Shown here: positions 1 to 8,949 of the stretch, piece after piece | Layout of the letters: every line of letters starts with the position of its first letter | How positions within the stretch are numbered: the stretch's first letter is position 1 | Assembly (NCBI GenBank): GCA_963707635.1 | Contig: OY970173.1 | Location: forward strand, 1 to 64,000 | Length of the DNA stretch: 64,000 bases | DNA from: Candidatus Latescibacterota bacterium | GTDB taxonomy: Bacteria; Krumholzibacteriota; Krumholzibacteriia; WVZY01; JAKEHA01 | Direction of reading: 5' to 3' | Translations under genes and position numbers: made by a program | Notes under the pieces: model-generated | What the model saw: only the letters and a program-made list of their open reading frames with translations | Told to the model about the DNA's origin: nothing | Database searches by the model: none

Positions 1-1082
1 GAGCTCTACTTCGGCCGTAACGCCTTTTCCGCCCACGACGTCCTCTTCGAGCCCACCCGCAAGCTCCTCGAGCTGTGGGCACAGCACGACATCCGCGCCA
101 CCCTGTTCCCCGACATCTGCTCGGTCTGGCGCCATCGCGAGCTGGGGATGGACGACTACGCGGATGCGTTCGAAGCTCAGGTGAAGCAGGCGCGTGCCGA
201 CGGCCACGACGTCCAGATGCATCTCCACCCCGAGTGGGGGCAGGCCGAGCACCGCGACGGCGCGTGGCATTTCAAACCCGGGACGCAGGCGTTGCACGAC
301 CGGGGGTTCTCGCCCGGCGACCCCAATGGCGCGCCCGCGCTCATTCGCCGGGGTAAACAGTACCTGGAAACCCTGCTCCGTCCGATCGACTCCGGCTACC
401 AATGCATCGCGTTTCGCGCGGGTGGCTGGATCCTGCAGCCGGAAGCACCGCTCGTCTCCGCCCTGCTCGCGGAAGGAATCCGCGTGGATGCCACCGTGAT
501 CCCAGGCATGAAGTCGCTCCGCTCGGACTATGACATCGATTTTCGCCGCGTGCCGGATCAGGCGACGTGGTTCATCGATCCGGCGCGGGGGCTTGAGACT
601 GACGCGCAACGGCACGAATACCTGCTCGAGGTCTCCATCGCCTCCTACCGCGGGCGCTTCCCCGCCGGTCAGCACGTGCTGAACCAGTTGCGGCTGCGAA
701 AGCGCGCGGCGGCGGCGCACGAAGCATCGCGCGGGTATCCCATGACGCGCAACGAACCGCGGGGCGGTTTGTTGACGTGGGTCGGCAACAAGTACCGGAA
801 GCTCATGGTGCCGCGAGTCCTCGATATCGCCGACACGCACGAGTCCATGCTAACCACGCTCCGGTCGTATCTGCGCCACTACGACTGCCGCAGCGGCGAT
901 ATCGCGGTGTGCATGAATGGACATTCGAAGGACACGTACGACTATCACCTCACCGAGCTGCGACGGTTCTTCGAGCGGTCAGACGCGACTATCACGACGT
1001 GGTGGCGTTCAGCACGCTGGAGGCGTATGTTTCGCGTGCGTATCCCAGCCTGATCGCAAAGCGAACGAGCGCGACATCATGA
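1..1082 (+). CDS. Polysaccharide deacetylase-like protein, 5'-truncated by window edge, probable 1-nt frameshift near 975
   Basis: Frame is open from base 1 (ELYFG...ATLFPD...HDVQMHLHPEW...AFRAGGW). The as-read stop is at 1053. Restoring one G at ~975 gives ...FFEAVRRDYHDVVAFSTLE... ending at TGA 1080-1082, overlapping the next ATG. Confidence 0.7.
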
Positions 1083-1978
1083 GCGTTAAGAACACCATCC
1101 GGCGCGCGATACCAGCCCCCCTCTGGCAGGCGGCCCGGCGCGTGAAGCGCGACGTCGAGTTGCGTCGGATCAAGGCGCGCGGGTCGATTACGAAGCGGAC
1201 CCTGATCGACGACTTCACCGCGCTGGGGCTAAAGAAAGACGACGTGTTGATCGTCTACAGCTCGCTCCGGAGCATCGGCTTCGTGGAAGGCGGCCCGGAC
1301 ACGGTGATCGACGCGCTGATGGAGGTGGTGGGACCCGGTGGGACGCTCGCGTTCCCGACTTTCACCATCGCGGGCACGATGAGCGAGACGCTGGCGGGAG
1401 GAACCTTCGTATTCGATCCAGCCACCTCGCCTTCGACCGTCGGCAAGATCACGGAGGTGTTTCGACACCGGCCCGGTGTCCTCCGGAGCCTTCATCCCAC
1501 CCACTCCGTCGCCGCGTGGGGACGGCTCGCCCGCGAGGTGACAGCGACCCACCTCCAGGACGGGACAAACTTCGGCGCGTCGAGCCCGTTCGGCAAGCTG
1601 CTCGAGTTCGACGCCAAAGCCGTGGGCCTCGGGGTCACCTTCGCGCCGATCACCTGGTACCACGCGTACGAGGACATAAACCTCGACAAGTTCCCGGGCG
1701 TATATCTCGCGCAAACGTCTACAGCCCGCATCCGGACCCCCGAAGGTGAGCGCGACGTGTCGATCCGCTGCCACAACCCCGAGTTCCACCACCGGAGAAT
1801 CGACAAGAACCCGGAGATCGAGGCGTATTGGGCGGAGTACTTTCGCTCGTCGGGTGTGGCCCACGTCGGCCCAGTGGGCGATTCGCAATCGTGGTGGATC
1901 CGGGGCCGCGAAGTGTTCGATTGTCTGGAGAAGATGCACGCGCGCGGTGTGACCATCTACCGCGTGCCGGAGTCGTAA
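1079..1978 (+). CDS. AAC(3)/YokD-family N-acetyltransferase
   Basis: LIVYSSLRSIGFVEGG, GTLAFPTFT and RSLHPTHSVAAWG motifs; ATG at 1079. Confidence 0.85.
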   Translation: MSVKNTIRRAIPAPLWQAARRVKRDVELRRIKARGSITKRTLIDDFTALGLKKDDVLIVYSSLRSIGFVEGGPDTVIDALMEVVGPGGTLAFPTFTIAGTMSETLAGGTFVFDPATSPSTVGKITEVFRHRPGVLRSLHPTHSVAAWGRLAREVTATHLQDGTNFGASSPFGKLLEFDAKAVGLGVTFAPITWYHAYEDINLDKFPGVYLAQTSTARIRTPEGERDVSIRCHNPEFHHRRIDKNPEIEAYWAEYFRSSGVAHVGPVGDSQSWWIRGREVFDCLEKMHARGVTIYRVPES

Positions 1979-2044
1979 GCGCCCGTCCGGGCACGCACGT
2001 CCCCTCGAGTATTGTGGCCACTTCTTTGACCGACAAACGGCCCC

Positions 2045-2074
2045 TTGACATGCAAGTGTTCTATTGCATATAAT
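2045..2074 (+). promoter_or_regulatory. Sigma70 promoter (TTGACA-N18-TATAAT) overlapped by inverted repeat ATGCAA-N8-TTGCAT, probable ArsR operator
   Basis: TTGACA 2045-2050, TATAAT 2069-2074; palindrome arms 2050-2055 and 2064-2069. Confidence 0.85.
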
Positions 2075-2080
2075 ACCAGC

Positions 2081-2395
2081 ATGCAAATGGACAAGGTATT
2101 CAAAGCGCTGGCCAGCCCGCAGAGGAGACGCCTCCTCGACGCGCTTCGAAAGGACAACGGGCAGACGCTGGGGGAACTCTGCGAGCACCTCGACATGACC
2201 CGGCAGGCGGTCACGCAGCACCTCAATCGTCTCGAAGGCGCCAACCTGGTGACGACACTCTGGCGCGGGCGCGAGAAGCTTCACTATCTCAATCCCATCC
2301 CCATCCACGAAATGTACCAGCGCTGGATCGTGCGGTACGAGGAACAGCACCTGGACGCGCTGCACAAGCTCAAGCGGAAAGCCGAAGGAGACTAG
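2081..2395 (+). CDS. ArsR/SmtB-family HTH regulator
   Basis: VFKALASPQRRRLLDAL...MTRQAVTQHLNRLE...GREKLHYLNP; start at 2081 or 2087. Confidence 0.9.
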   Translation: MQMDKVFKALASPQRRRLLDALRKDNGQTLGELCEHLDMTRQAVTQHLNRLEGANLVTTLWRGREKLHYLNPIPIHEMYQRWIVRYEEQHLDALHKLKRKAEGD

Positions 2396-2397
2396 GA

Positions 2398-2841
2398 ATG
2401 GAGAAACCGAAGTTCGTGTACGTGACCTACGTAGCAACCGCACCCGAGAAACTCTGGAGCGCGCTCATCGAATCAAAGATGACCGCGCAGTACTGGCAGC
2501 ACGACAACGTGTCGGACTGGAGGCCCGGCTCCAAATGGGAGCACCGGCGCAGCAACGACAAGCGAACCCTCGACATGGTCGGAAAGGTCGTCGAAATCGC
2601 CCCGCCGCGGAGACTCGTCATCACCTGGGCGGCCCCGGCCGACGAGGGACACCCGGAGAAACACTCTCGGGTGACGTTCGAGATCGAGCCGTATCGAGGA
2701 GTGGTCCGCCTGACCGTCGTACACGATCAGCTCGAGCCCGGTTCGGACATGCTCAAGGGCATCACCGAGGGTTGGCCCAAGGTGCTGTCGAGTCTCAAGT
2801 CTTTGTTGGAAGGCGAACGCGCCCTGCCCACGCTCTGGTAG
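2398..2841 (+). CDS. SRPBCC/AHSA1 domain protein
   Basis: YVTYVATAPEKLWSAL...PPRRLVITW...GWPKVLSSLKSLLE; typical ArsR partner. Confidence 0.88.
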   Translation: MEKPKFVYVTYVATAPEKLWSALIESKMTAQYWQHDNVSDWRPGSKWEHRRSNDKRTLDMVGKVVEIAPPRRLVITWAAPADEGHPEKHSRVTFEIEPYRGVVRLTVVHDQLEPGSDMLKGITEGWPKVLSSLKSLLEGERALPTLW

Positions 2842-2854
2842 CGGTGGTTTCTCG

Positions 2855-4297
2855 TCACGGGCCGATCGCGAACAATTCCTTGCCGGTGAGATGCGCCCGG
2901 GTGAAATGAACCTGCCGCGTCTCCAGCGCCCGTTGCAGCCTGTCCGCATAGCGCGGATTGGTCACGATGGCGCACGGACGGCCGGGTTCGCGCGCTGCGA
3001 GCATGCCGTCGAGACTTCGGTCCGCCCACGGCTCGGTCCCGGCCATCGAGATGCGCTCCATGTCGGGTCCCGCGTGAAACTCGAAGCCGTAGAACGCCTC
3101 CTCGAGAAAAAGCGCGAAGCGCGCATCGCGACCGGCGGCGCGAACCGCCTCATGGTAAACGCGGGTCGCGTCCTTCTCCGACGTCCGGTAAGCGGCCACC
3201 GCCTTGAACCCGACCAGAACCGCCACCGACACCACCGCGATAGCCACAGCGCGTCGCCGGGCCGCGGCGGTGGCCGATGCAGTGTTGAGCCCACGCGCGA
3301 TCGCGAGCGCGATCGGTGCGTAGAGCGGCAGGATGTACAGGGGTAGCCGGCTTCTCGAAAACGCGAACGCCGCCAAAGGCAGCAGCAGCCAGCACAGAAG
3401 CAACGAGCCCGCCATGTTCCGTGCGCACAGTTGCGCGATGAGGGTCCTGGGCGAATACAGGCGCCGGCGCCACGCCGTGCGAATCCCGTCCACCAGCCAC
3501 ACTCCCTGCCCGAGCACCAGGACCGGCGCGTAGATAGCGATCGCCCCGTACCACTGCCCGTTGCGATGGAACTCGTTGCTCACGGTGCGCGCCACGACCT
3601 CTCTGCCGATGAAGTACGCCCCCAGCTCGTGATGACGTGTCACCATAAGGCCGTACCACCACAAGCCGGTCGTAAGGCCCAGAACGATCCCGACCGGGTC
3701 GGCGAGTCGAAATGGCCGGCGCGCGATCCAGTGGAAAACGACGAGTGCCAGGAGCGGGAGCAACGCGGGCGGTCCCTTGGTGAAGAATCCCAGTCCGAAC
3801 ATTACCCACATCAACCGCGCCCATCCGTCCGCTCGCGTGCCCTTCCACGCGCGCACGTACGCGAGTACCGCGAGGCTCATCCACAGCGCGAGGAGCGTGT
3901 CGGCGGTGGCGGCCGCCGCCGAGAGCGCCGGATACGGCGAGGAGAGATAGACCAGGCCCGCGAGCAATCCGGCGTGCGGATTCCACAGCGTGGTCCCGAT
4001 CGCCGCAACCGCGAGTACCGTGAGCGAAAACGCGACCACGTTGTACGCGCGGACTCCCCACGGGTTGTTTCCCGCGATCGCGAGCCCGCCGGCGATCGCC
4101 CAGTAGGTGAGCGGCGGTTTGGTCCAGTGAGGCTGGTGCGCGAGCGTGGGTTCCAGGTAGTTTCCCGACTCGCGCATCTCGCGCGCGACTTCGGCGTAGC
4201 GGCCTTCGGTGGGTTCGTACAGCCCGCGCGTCCCCTGGAACGCGAGCGCCATCAGGAGCGCGAGCCCGGCGAGAAGCCCGTAGGATCGTCTACCCAC
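2855..4297 (-). CDS. ArnT/PMT-like GT-C glycosyltransferase
   Basis: EGRYAEVAREM, HWTKPPLTYW, FFTKGP and SRLPLYILP motifs; multiple TM segments. Confidence 0.88.
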   Translation of the reverse strand: MGRRSYGLLAGLALLMALAFQGTRGLYEPTEGRYAEVAREMRESGNYLEPTLAHQPHWTKPPLTYWAIAGGLAIAGNNPWGVRAYNVVAFSLTVLAVAAIGTTLWNPHAGLLAGLVYLSSPYPALSAAAATADTLLALWMSLAVLAYVRAWKGTRADGWARLMWVMFGLGFFTKGPPALLPLLALVVFHWIARRPFRLADPVGIVLGLTTGLWWYGLMVTRHHELGAYFIGREVVARTVSNEFHRNGQWYGAIAIYAPVLVLGQGVWLVDGIRTAWRRRLYSPRTLIAQLCARNMAGSLLLCWLLLPLAAFAFSRSRLPLYILPLYAPIALAIARGLNTASATAAARRRAVAIAVVSVAVLVGFKAVAAYRTSEKDATRVYHEAVRAAGRDARFALFLEEAFYGFEFHAGPDMERISMAGTEPWADRSLDGMLAAREPGRPCAIVTNPRYADRLQRALETRQVHFTRAHLTGKELFAIGP

Positions 4298-4562
4298 GGG
4301 CGCGTTGCATGCCGTCCCGTCGGATCAGAAGCAGGTTGCGGGCATAGATGGCGAGGCCCGTGCTCTGCCCCAGGATGAACACGAGGTCTCGCTTATAGAT
4401 GGAGTACATGAGCAGGAGCACCGAACCGATGATGCTCAAGTACCAGAACAACCGCGGCACGATGCTTCGCCCCGCGCGTTCGCTGGCCAACCACTGGACG
4501 AGAAAGCGTCCGGAGAAAGCGGTCTGTCCCAGCAACCCCAGCGCCATCCACATGCTGTTCAC
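4290..4562 (-). CDS. Lipid A biosynthesis N-terminal (LAB_N) domain small membrane protein
   Basis: GLLGQTAFSGRFLVQWLASE...SIVPRLFWYLS...VFILGQ...IYARNL; GTG start overlaps upstream stop (GTGA). Confidence 0.85.
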   Translation of the reverse strand: MNSMWMALGLLGQTAFSGRFLVQWLASERAGRSIVPRLFWYLSIIGSVLLLMYSIYKRDLVFILGQSTGLAIYARNLLLIRRDGMQRARG

Positions 4563-5338
4563 CTGTACGCCTCCTTGCGGCCGTCGAGCGACGCGTGCTT
4601 CGCGCGCGGCGCCACCATGCGGTGTGACATCCATCGCACCGCCAGCGTGTCTTCGATTCCAACCCAGAGGCGATTGGAGATTCCGTACTTGCTTGCCCCA
4701 CTGTGTCGCGGCCGGTGATGAACCGGGACCTCGGCGATGCGATCGTAGCCGTTCAGCCGGATCAGCGTGGGGAGAAAGCGGTGCATCCCTTTGAACACCG
4801 GAATCGCTTCGAGACACTGGCGCCGCATCACCCGCACCGAGCAGCCGACGTCCCTGACCCTGTCTCCCGTCAGGCGGTTTCGAAACCCATTTGCGATTCG
4901 CGACGAGAGCCGCCGCGTCAGCCCAAACTGGGATCGTTGGCGGTAGCTGTTGACGACGTCCAGCTTCTGCTCGACGAGCATCGCCAGCAGGCGCGGGAGG
5001 TCCGCCGGATCGTTCTGCCCGTCGCCGTCGATCATGGCGACGATCGCGCCGCGCGAGTGGACGAACCCGGCGCCGAGCGCCGCCGACTGACCGTAGCCGC
5101 GGTCGAGCTGCACGAAGCGATGCCGCGGATCCGCGTCGCACACGCGCATGACCTCCGCGAGCGACTCGTCGGTCGACCCGTCGTCGACCCAGACGCACTC
5201 CCACGACCAGTGCGTGTCGCTCATCGCCGCCGTCACCTCGTCCGCCAGCCCGGCAATGCTCCCTGCCTCGTTCCGAATCGGGACGACGATGCTGACCGAG
5301 ACGGACGCCGGCCCCAGATGCAAGTCGAAGAAACTCAT
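4559..5338 (-). CDS. GT2 polyprenyl-phosphate glycosyltransferase (ArnC/DPM1-like)
   Basis: SIVVPIRNE, VDDGSTD, GQSAALGAG, IDGDGQNDP and MHRFLPTL motifs; ATGA overlap with kinase gene. Confidence 0.9.
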   Translation of the reverse strand: MSFFDLHLGPASVSVSIVVPIRNEAGSIAGLADEVTAAMSDTHWSWECVWVDDGSTDESLAEVMRVCDADPRHRFVQLDRGYGQSAALGAGFVHSRGAIVAMIDGDGQNDPADLPRLLAMLVEQKLDVVNSYRQRSQFGLTRRLSSRIANGFRNRLTGDRVRDVGCSVRVMRRQCLEAIPVFKGMHRFLPTLIRLNGYDRIAEVPVHHRPRHSGASKYGISNRLWVGIEDTLAVRWMSHRMVAPRAKHASLDGRKEAYR

Positions 5339-6768
5339 GACGCGTGCGAACTGAACGTGACGCTGAACTCTCCGCCGACGCGGGACTCGATGCGCATCGA
5401 GTACCGCAGCACCGCTGCGATCTTGCTCACGAGCGCGAGCCCGAGACCGGAGTGCCCCCCGGTGGCCTTGCGGGAAAGATCGGCGCGCGTGAATCTCCGC
5501 AGGAGATCGCCCACGTTTTCCTGCGACACCGTGCTTCCGCTGTTGACCACCCGCAGGACGCCCCGGCTCCCTTCCTGCACCACCTCGACCCGCACATATC
5601 CTCCCTCGTCCGCATAGATGACGGCGTTCTCGAGCAGGTTGCGGATGGCGACTTCGAGCAAGATCGGATCGGTGACCACGGTGACGTCCCGCGCGAGGAT
5701 CCATTTGACCGCGAGCCGCCGGGCCTCGGCGGTCTCGACCAGCGGCTTCCACGACGCCGCCGCTACCTCGCCCAGGTCGACAGCGCTCGGTTCGATCTCG
5801 ACCTGCCCGGCCTCCAGGCGGCCCAGGTACAACAGCGTCTCGACCATGGCCTGGACCTTGCGGATGATCTCGAGCAGCTCGGTCATCGTCTCCTTGTAGT
5901 CGGCTTCCCGCCGCGGCCGCGACAGCGCCACCTCGATGGTGGAGCGCAGACCGGCCAACGGAGTGCGCAGCTCGTGCGCGATGTCCGCGCTGAAGGTGCG
6001 TTCCCGCTGAAACGCGGATTCGAGTCGCACGAGCAGCTGGTTGAGCTGGTCCACCACCGGTTCCATTTCGCGGGGCGTTGCTCGCACTCGAACCCTCGAC
6101 GACAGGTCGTCGTCGCTCAACCTCGCGATCTCGCCGGCCAGGTCGTTGAGCGGACGCAGGCTGGCGCGAATTACCCCCGCAATGACGCCGGCCGCGATCA
6201 ACCCCGTGAGCGCCCCGACCGCCAGAAATAGCGCCCGCAGACGCGCGAGAAAAGCCGGCACCTCCACCGGCTCGAGCGCCGCGACCAGGTGAATGGTCGG
6301 CGGGTCGGCCGTGCGCGGAAGCGGCGGTCCCACCTCTTCGTAGCCCTCGTCGTCGACCCATGGTACGAAGCAAAGATCCACCGTGCGCACGCGCGCAGCC
6401 TTCCCCACGCGGATCCACCGGAACACCGGATGATTCAACTCGATCGCGTCGGCCCCCGGCAGTTCGCTCTCCCCGAGGTTGGGCGATCGATACAGCACGC
6501 TGCCCCCGACGATCGACAGTTGCAAGTACCCGTGCCCGTCGGGGGGTGTGAACTCGCGGATATCGACGTCGTCGAATTCCAGCTCGATCGCGTCGCCCGA
6601 GGTTCGCACCGTGGACGCAATCACGCGCGCGTCGTCGGCGAGCGCCTCGTCGAATTGTCGAACCAGGGTCGTTTTCGCTCCCCGGTATACCGCCACGCTC
6701 GCCAGCGCGAGCATGCCGACCGTCGTCGCCACGGCGCCTACCATGAGGGACGTGCGAATCGATCTCAT
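5335..6768 (-). CDS. Sensor histidine kinase (HAMP, HisKA, HATPase)
   Basis: Two TM segments; DIAHELRTPL, NLLENAVIY, SGLGLALV. Confidence 0.92.
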   Translation of the reverse strand: MRSIRTSLMVGAVATTVGMLALASVAVYRGAKTTLVRQFDEALADDARVIASTVRTSGDAIELEFDDVDIREFTPPDGHGYLQLSIVGGSVLYRSPNLGESELPGADAIELNHPVFRWIRVGKAARVRTVDLCFVPWVDDEGYEEVGPPLPRTADPPTIHLVAALEPVEVPAFLARLRALFLAVGALTGLIAAGVIAGVIRASLRPLNDLAGEIARLSDDDLSSRVRVRATPREMEPVVDQLNQLLVRLESAFQRERTFSADIAHELRTPLAGLRSTIEVALSRPRREADYKETMTELLEIIRKVQAMVETLLYLGRLEAGQVEIEPSAVDLGEVAAASWKPLVETAEARRLAVKWILARDVTVVTDPILLEVAIRNLLENAVIYADEGGYVRVEVVQEGSRGVLRVVNSGSTVSQENVGDLLRRFTRADLSRKATGGHSGLGLALVSKIAAVLRYSMRIESRVGGEFSVTFSSHAS

Positions 6769-7451
6769 GACGATTCCTCGGCGAGGACGTAGCCGAAGCC
6801 GCGCCGGGTATGGATGAGGCGCGACCGGCCCTCGCGCTCCAGTTTTCTGCGCAGGTAGCCGACGTACACGTCTACGATGTTGCTGTTGCGGTTCACGCTG
6901 AAGTCGTAGATCCGCGTCGATATCTCGTCGCGCGTCACCACTTCGCCTTTGCGGGCCGCGAGAAACTCCAGAACGCTGTACTCGCGCGCGGTGAGGTCGA
7001 TGGCCTGTCCCGCACGCCGGACCGTGCGGGCCACGGTGTCGACCTCGAGGTCCGCGACCCGGATGGTTGGAGAGGTCTGGTGATACGCGCGTCGCTGCAG
7101 CGCGCGCACGCGCGCCTTCAGCTCTTCGAAGGCAAACGGCTTCACCAGGTAGTCGTCGGCTCCGAGGTCGAGCCCGCGCACGCGGTCGTCGATCCGGTCC
7201 CGTGCCGTCAGGATGAGAATGCGACTGGGGCTGCCCGTGTCGCGCAGCGTCTTCAGGATGCTGAAACCGTCGCGCTTCGGAAGCATGAGATCCAGCACGA
7301 TGATGTCGTACACCGATGACTCCGCATAGCTCAGCCCGGCTTCTCCATCCGCCGATTCGTCGACGGCGTAGCCGTCTTCGCGCAGGCCGCGCACCAGCGA
7401 GCGCCGCAGCGGTTCGTAATCTTCGATGACGAGAACTCTCATCTCTTTCAT
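6765..7451 (-). CDS. OmpR-family response regulator
   Basis: RVLVIED, VLDLMLP, GADDYLVKPF, LTAREY, IHTRRGFGY; start at 7451 or 7442. Confidence 0.93.
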   Translation of the reverse strand: MKEMRVLVIEDYEPLRRSLVRGLREDGYAVDESADGEAGLSYAESSVYDIIVLDLMLPKRDGFSILKTLRDTGSPSRILILTARDRIDDRVRGLDLGADDYLVKPFAFEELKARVRALQRRAYHQTSPTIRVADLEVDTVARTVRRAGQAIDLTAREYSVLEFLAARKGEVVTRDEISTRIYDFSVNRNSNIVDVYVGYLRRKLEREGRSRLIHTRRGFGYVLAEESS

Positions 7452-7500
7452 CCTAGCGCGATGCACACCGGTTTTCCACTCCGCGCTTGCAACACGCATC

Positions 7501-7535
7501 AGAATAGTCCGCTTTCTCTCATCTGATTCTCATCT
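7501..7535 (-). promoter_or_regulatory. Putative OmpR-type binding site (AGATGAGA x2, 11-bp period) plus -10 TATTCT
   Basis: Plus-strand TCTCATCT at 7517-7524 and 7528-7535; AGAATA at 7501-7506, 10 nt from the repeat. Confidence 0.6.
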
Positions 7536-7839
7536 TCGCCCGCTACGTCATCATGAATATGTGCGCTCGGCGACGAAAATGCCGCAAGCAATTGATATCC
7601 GCACGCGCATTTCATATCCCATGTCCATGTGGCGGATAGCACGCGCATCGCATCTCCTGAGTTCACGCGGCGTGTCGCGGTGGCGGGTTCGTCGTGGAAG
7701 CGCGTCGGAAAATCGACGTTGCCGTCGCGTTGCCACTGGGCTACTCTATTACTTGCGGCGGTCAGCTCGAACACCTGCAGCGCGCCATGCACCGATTCAT
7801 GTTCGTCACCCCGGTGACGATCGGCATCATCTTCTCCGC

Positions 7840-8895
7840 ATGACTTATCCGCCCCGCAGCATTCACCGGCCTACCACTGTGCTCCTGCCACATCGGGGAC
7901 TCAGGAATATCTATGTGCGCGAACTTGGACGGGGGTACCTGTCATTGGGAGTGCAGCCAATATATGGCCCGGAGAACCTCTTCGAGTCGGATTTCATTCC
8001 GGACCTGTTGCACCTGCATTGGCCCGAGGAGGTCTACCGTTCACCGCAGGAGGGCACCCTCAGTGGACGCATCGGCCGATTCCTTGATCGACTGGATCGA
8101 TTGCGCGGGCACGACACGCGCATCATCTGGACCGCGCACAATCTGAAACCGCACGACATCGTAGATGCTAGCGCGGCACACGCGGCCTATCAGGGTGTCA
8201 TCGATCGTGCGCACGTGATACATCACCACTGCCCGATCTCAGCGAGCCTGCTGGGTTCTCACTACCGGATTCCCGAGGGGCAAGTCAGTATCGTCGTGCC
8301 CCACGGTCACTACCTGAGCTATCCGAACGATATGACCAGATCACAGGCACGAGACTCGCTGGGGATCGATGCCTCGAAGTTCGTTTTTCTGCATTTTGGA
8401 CAGATCCGCGATTACAAGGGCCTGGATATCGTCGAGCATGCGTTTCGCAAAGTTCGATTACGGCAGAAGCACCTGGTTGTCGCCGGACGAGTCGGCCTGT
8501 CGCTCTCCCCGTCGGCACGAGTCGGCTTCCGCGTCCGTCGCACACTGGCGCGTCAAACAACGTACGTGCTCGATGCCGTTCGCGATGACGATGTACAGCG
8601 CTACTTTCAAGCTTGCGACGTAGTAGTCCTCGGACATACGGGTGGGCTGAACTCCGGCGTGGCAGTGCTCGCCATGACGTTTGGTAAGCCGGTGATTGGG
8701 CCTCGCCTCGGTTGCATCGAGTGGGTCCTGGCTCAAGGCTCGAACGTCGCCTATGACTCCGCGGACGCCGGCGGAATCGAACGCGCGATGGAGGCCGTAA
8801 TCCGACTCGATCTGGAAGCGGTCAGCTCCGTCAACAAGGCCACAGCGGCCGGTTGGACCTGGGAAGCAATAGCGTCGCGAGCCATGGCCGGGTAG
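7840..8895 (+). CDS. GT4-family (GT-B) glycosyltransferase
   Basis: LHLHWPE, IIWTAHNLKPH, FGQIRDYKGLD, NSGVAVLAMTFGKPVI; start uncertain. Confidence 0.8.
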   Translation: MTYPPRSIHRPTTVLLPHRGLRNIYVRELGRGYLSLGVQPIYGPENLFESDFIPDLLHLHWPEEVYRSPQEGTLSGRIGRFLDRLDRLRGHDTRIIWTAHNLKPHDIVDASAAHAAYQGVIDRAHVIHHHCPISASLLGSHYRIPEGQVSIVVPHGHYLSYPNDMTRSQARDSLGIDASKFVFLHFGQIRDYKGLDIVEHAFRKVRLRQKHLVVAGRVGLSLSPSARVGFRVRRTLARQTTYVLDAVRDDDVQRYFQACDVVVLGHTGGLNSGVAVLAMTFGKPVIGPRLGCIEWVLAQGSNVAYDSADAGGIERAMEAVIRLDLEAVSSVNKATAAGWTWEAIASRAMAG

Positions 8896-8949
8896 TAGCG
8901 GCCAGCATCGCCACCACCAGTCCCACGAGGACAATCGCCAGGAGAATCT

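Noticed and set aside
1079..1978. Aminoglycoside resistance gene call
   Set aside because: Family membership alone is insufficient; there is no mobile context and it is linked to a polysaccharide gene
4559..6418. Long N-terminal extensions in the ORF track (e.g. 4559-6418, 29146-31953, 37695-40316, 46139-48382)
   Set aside because: The extensions overlap upstream genes in another frame; true starts are marked by stop/start overlaps or an RBS
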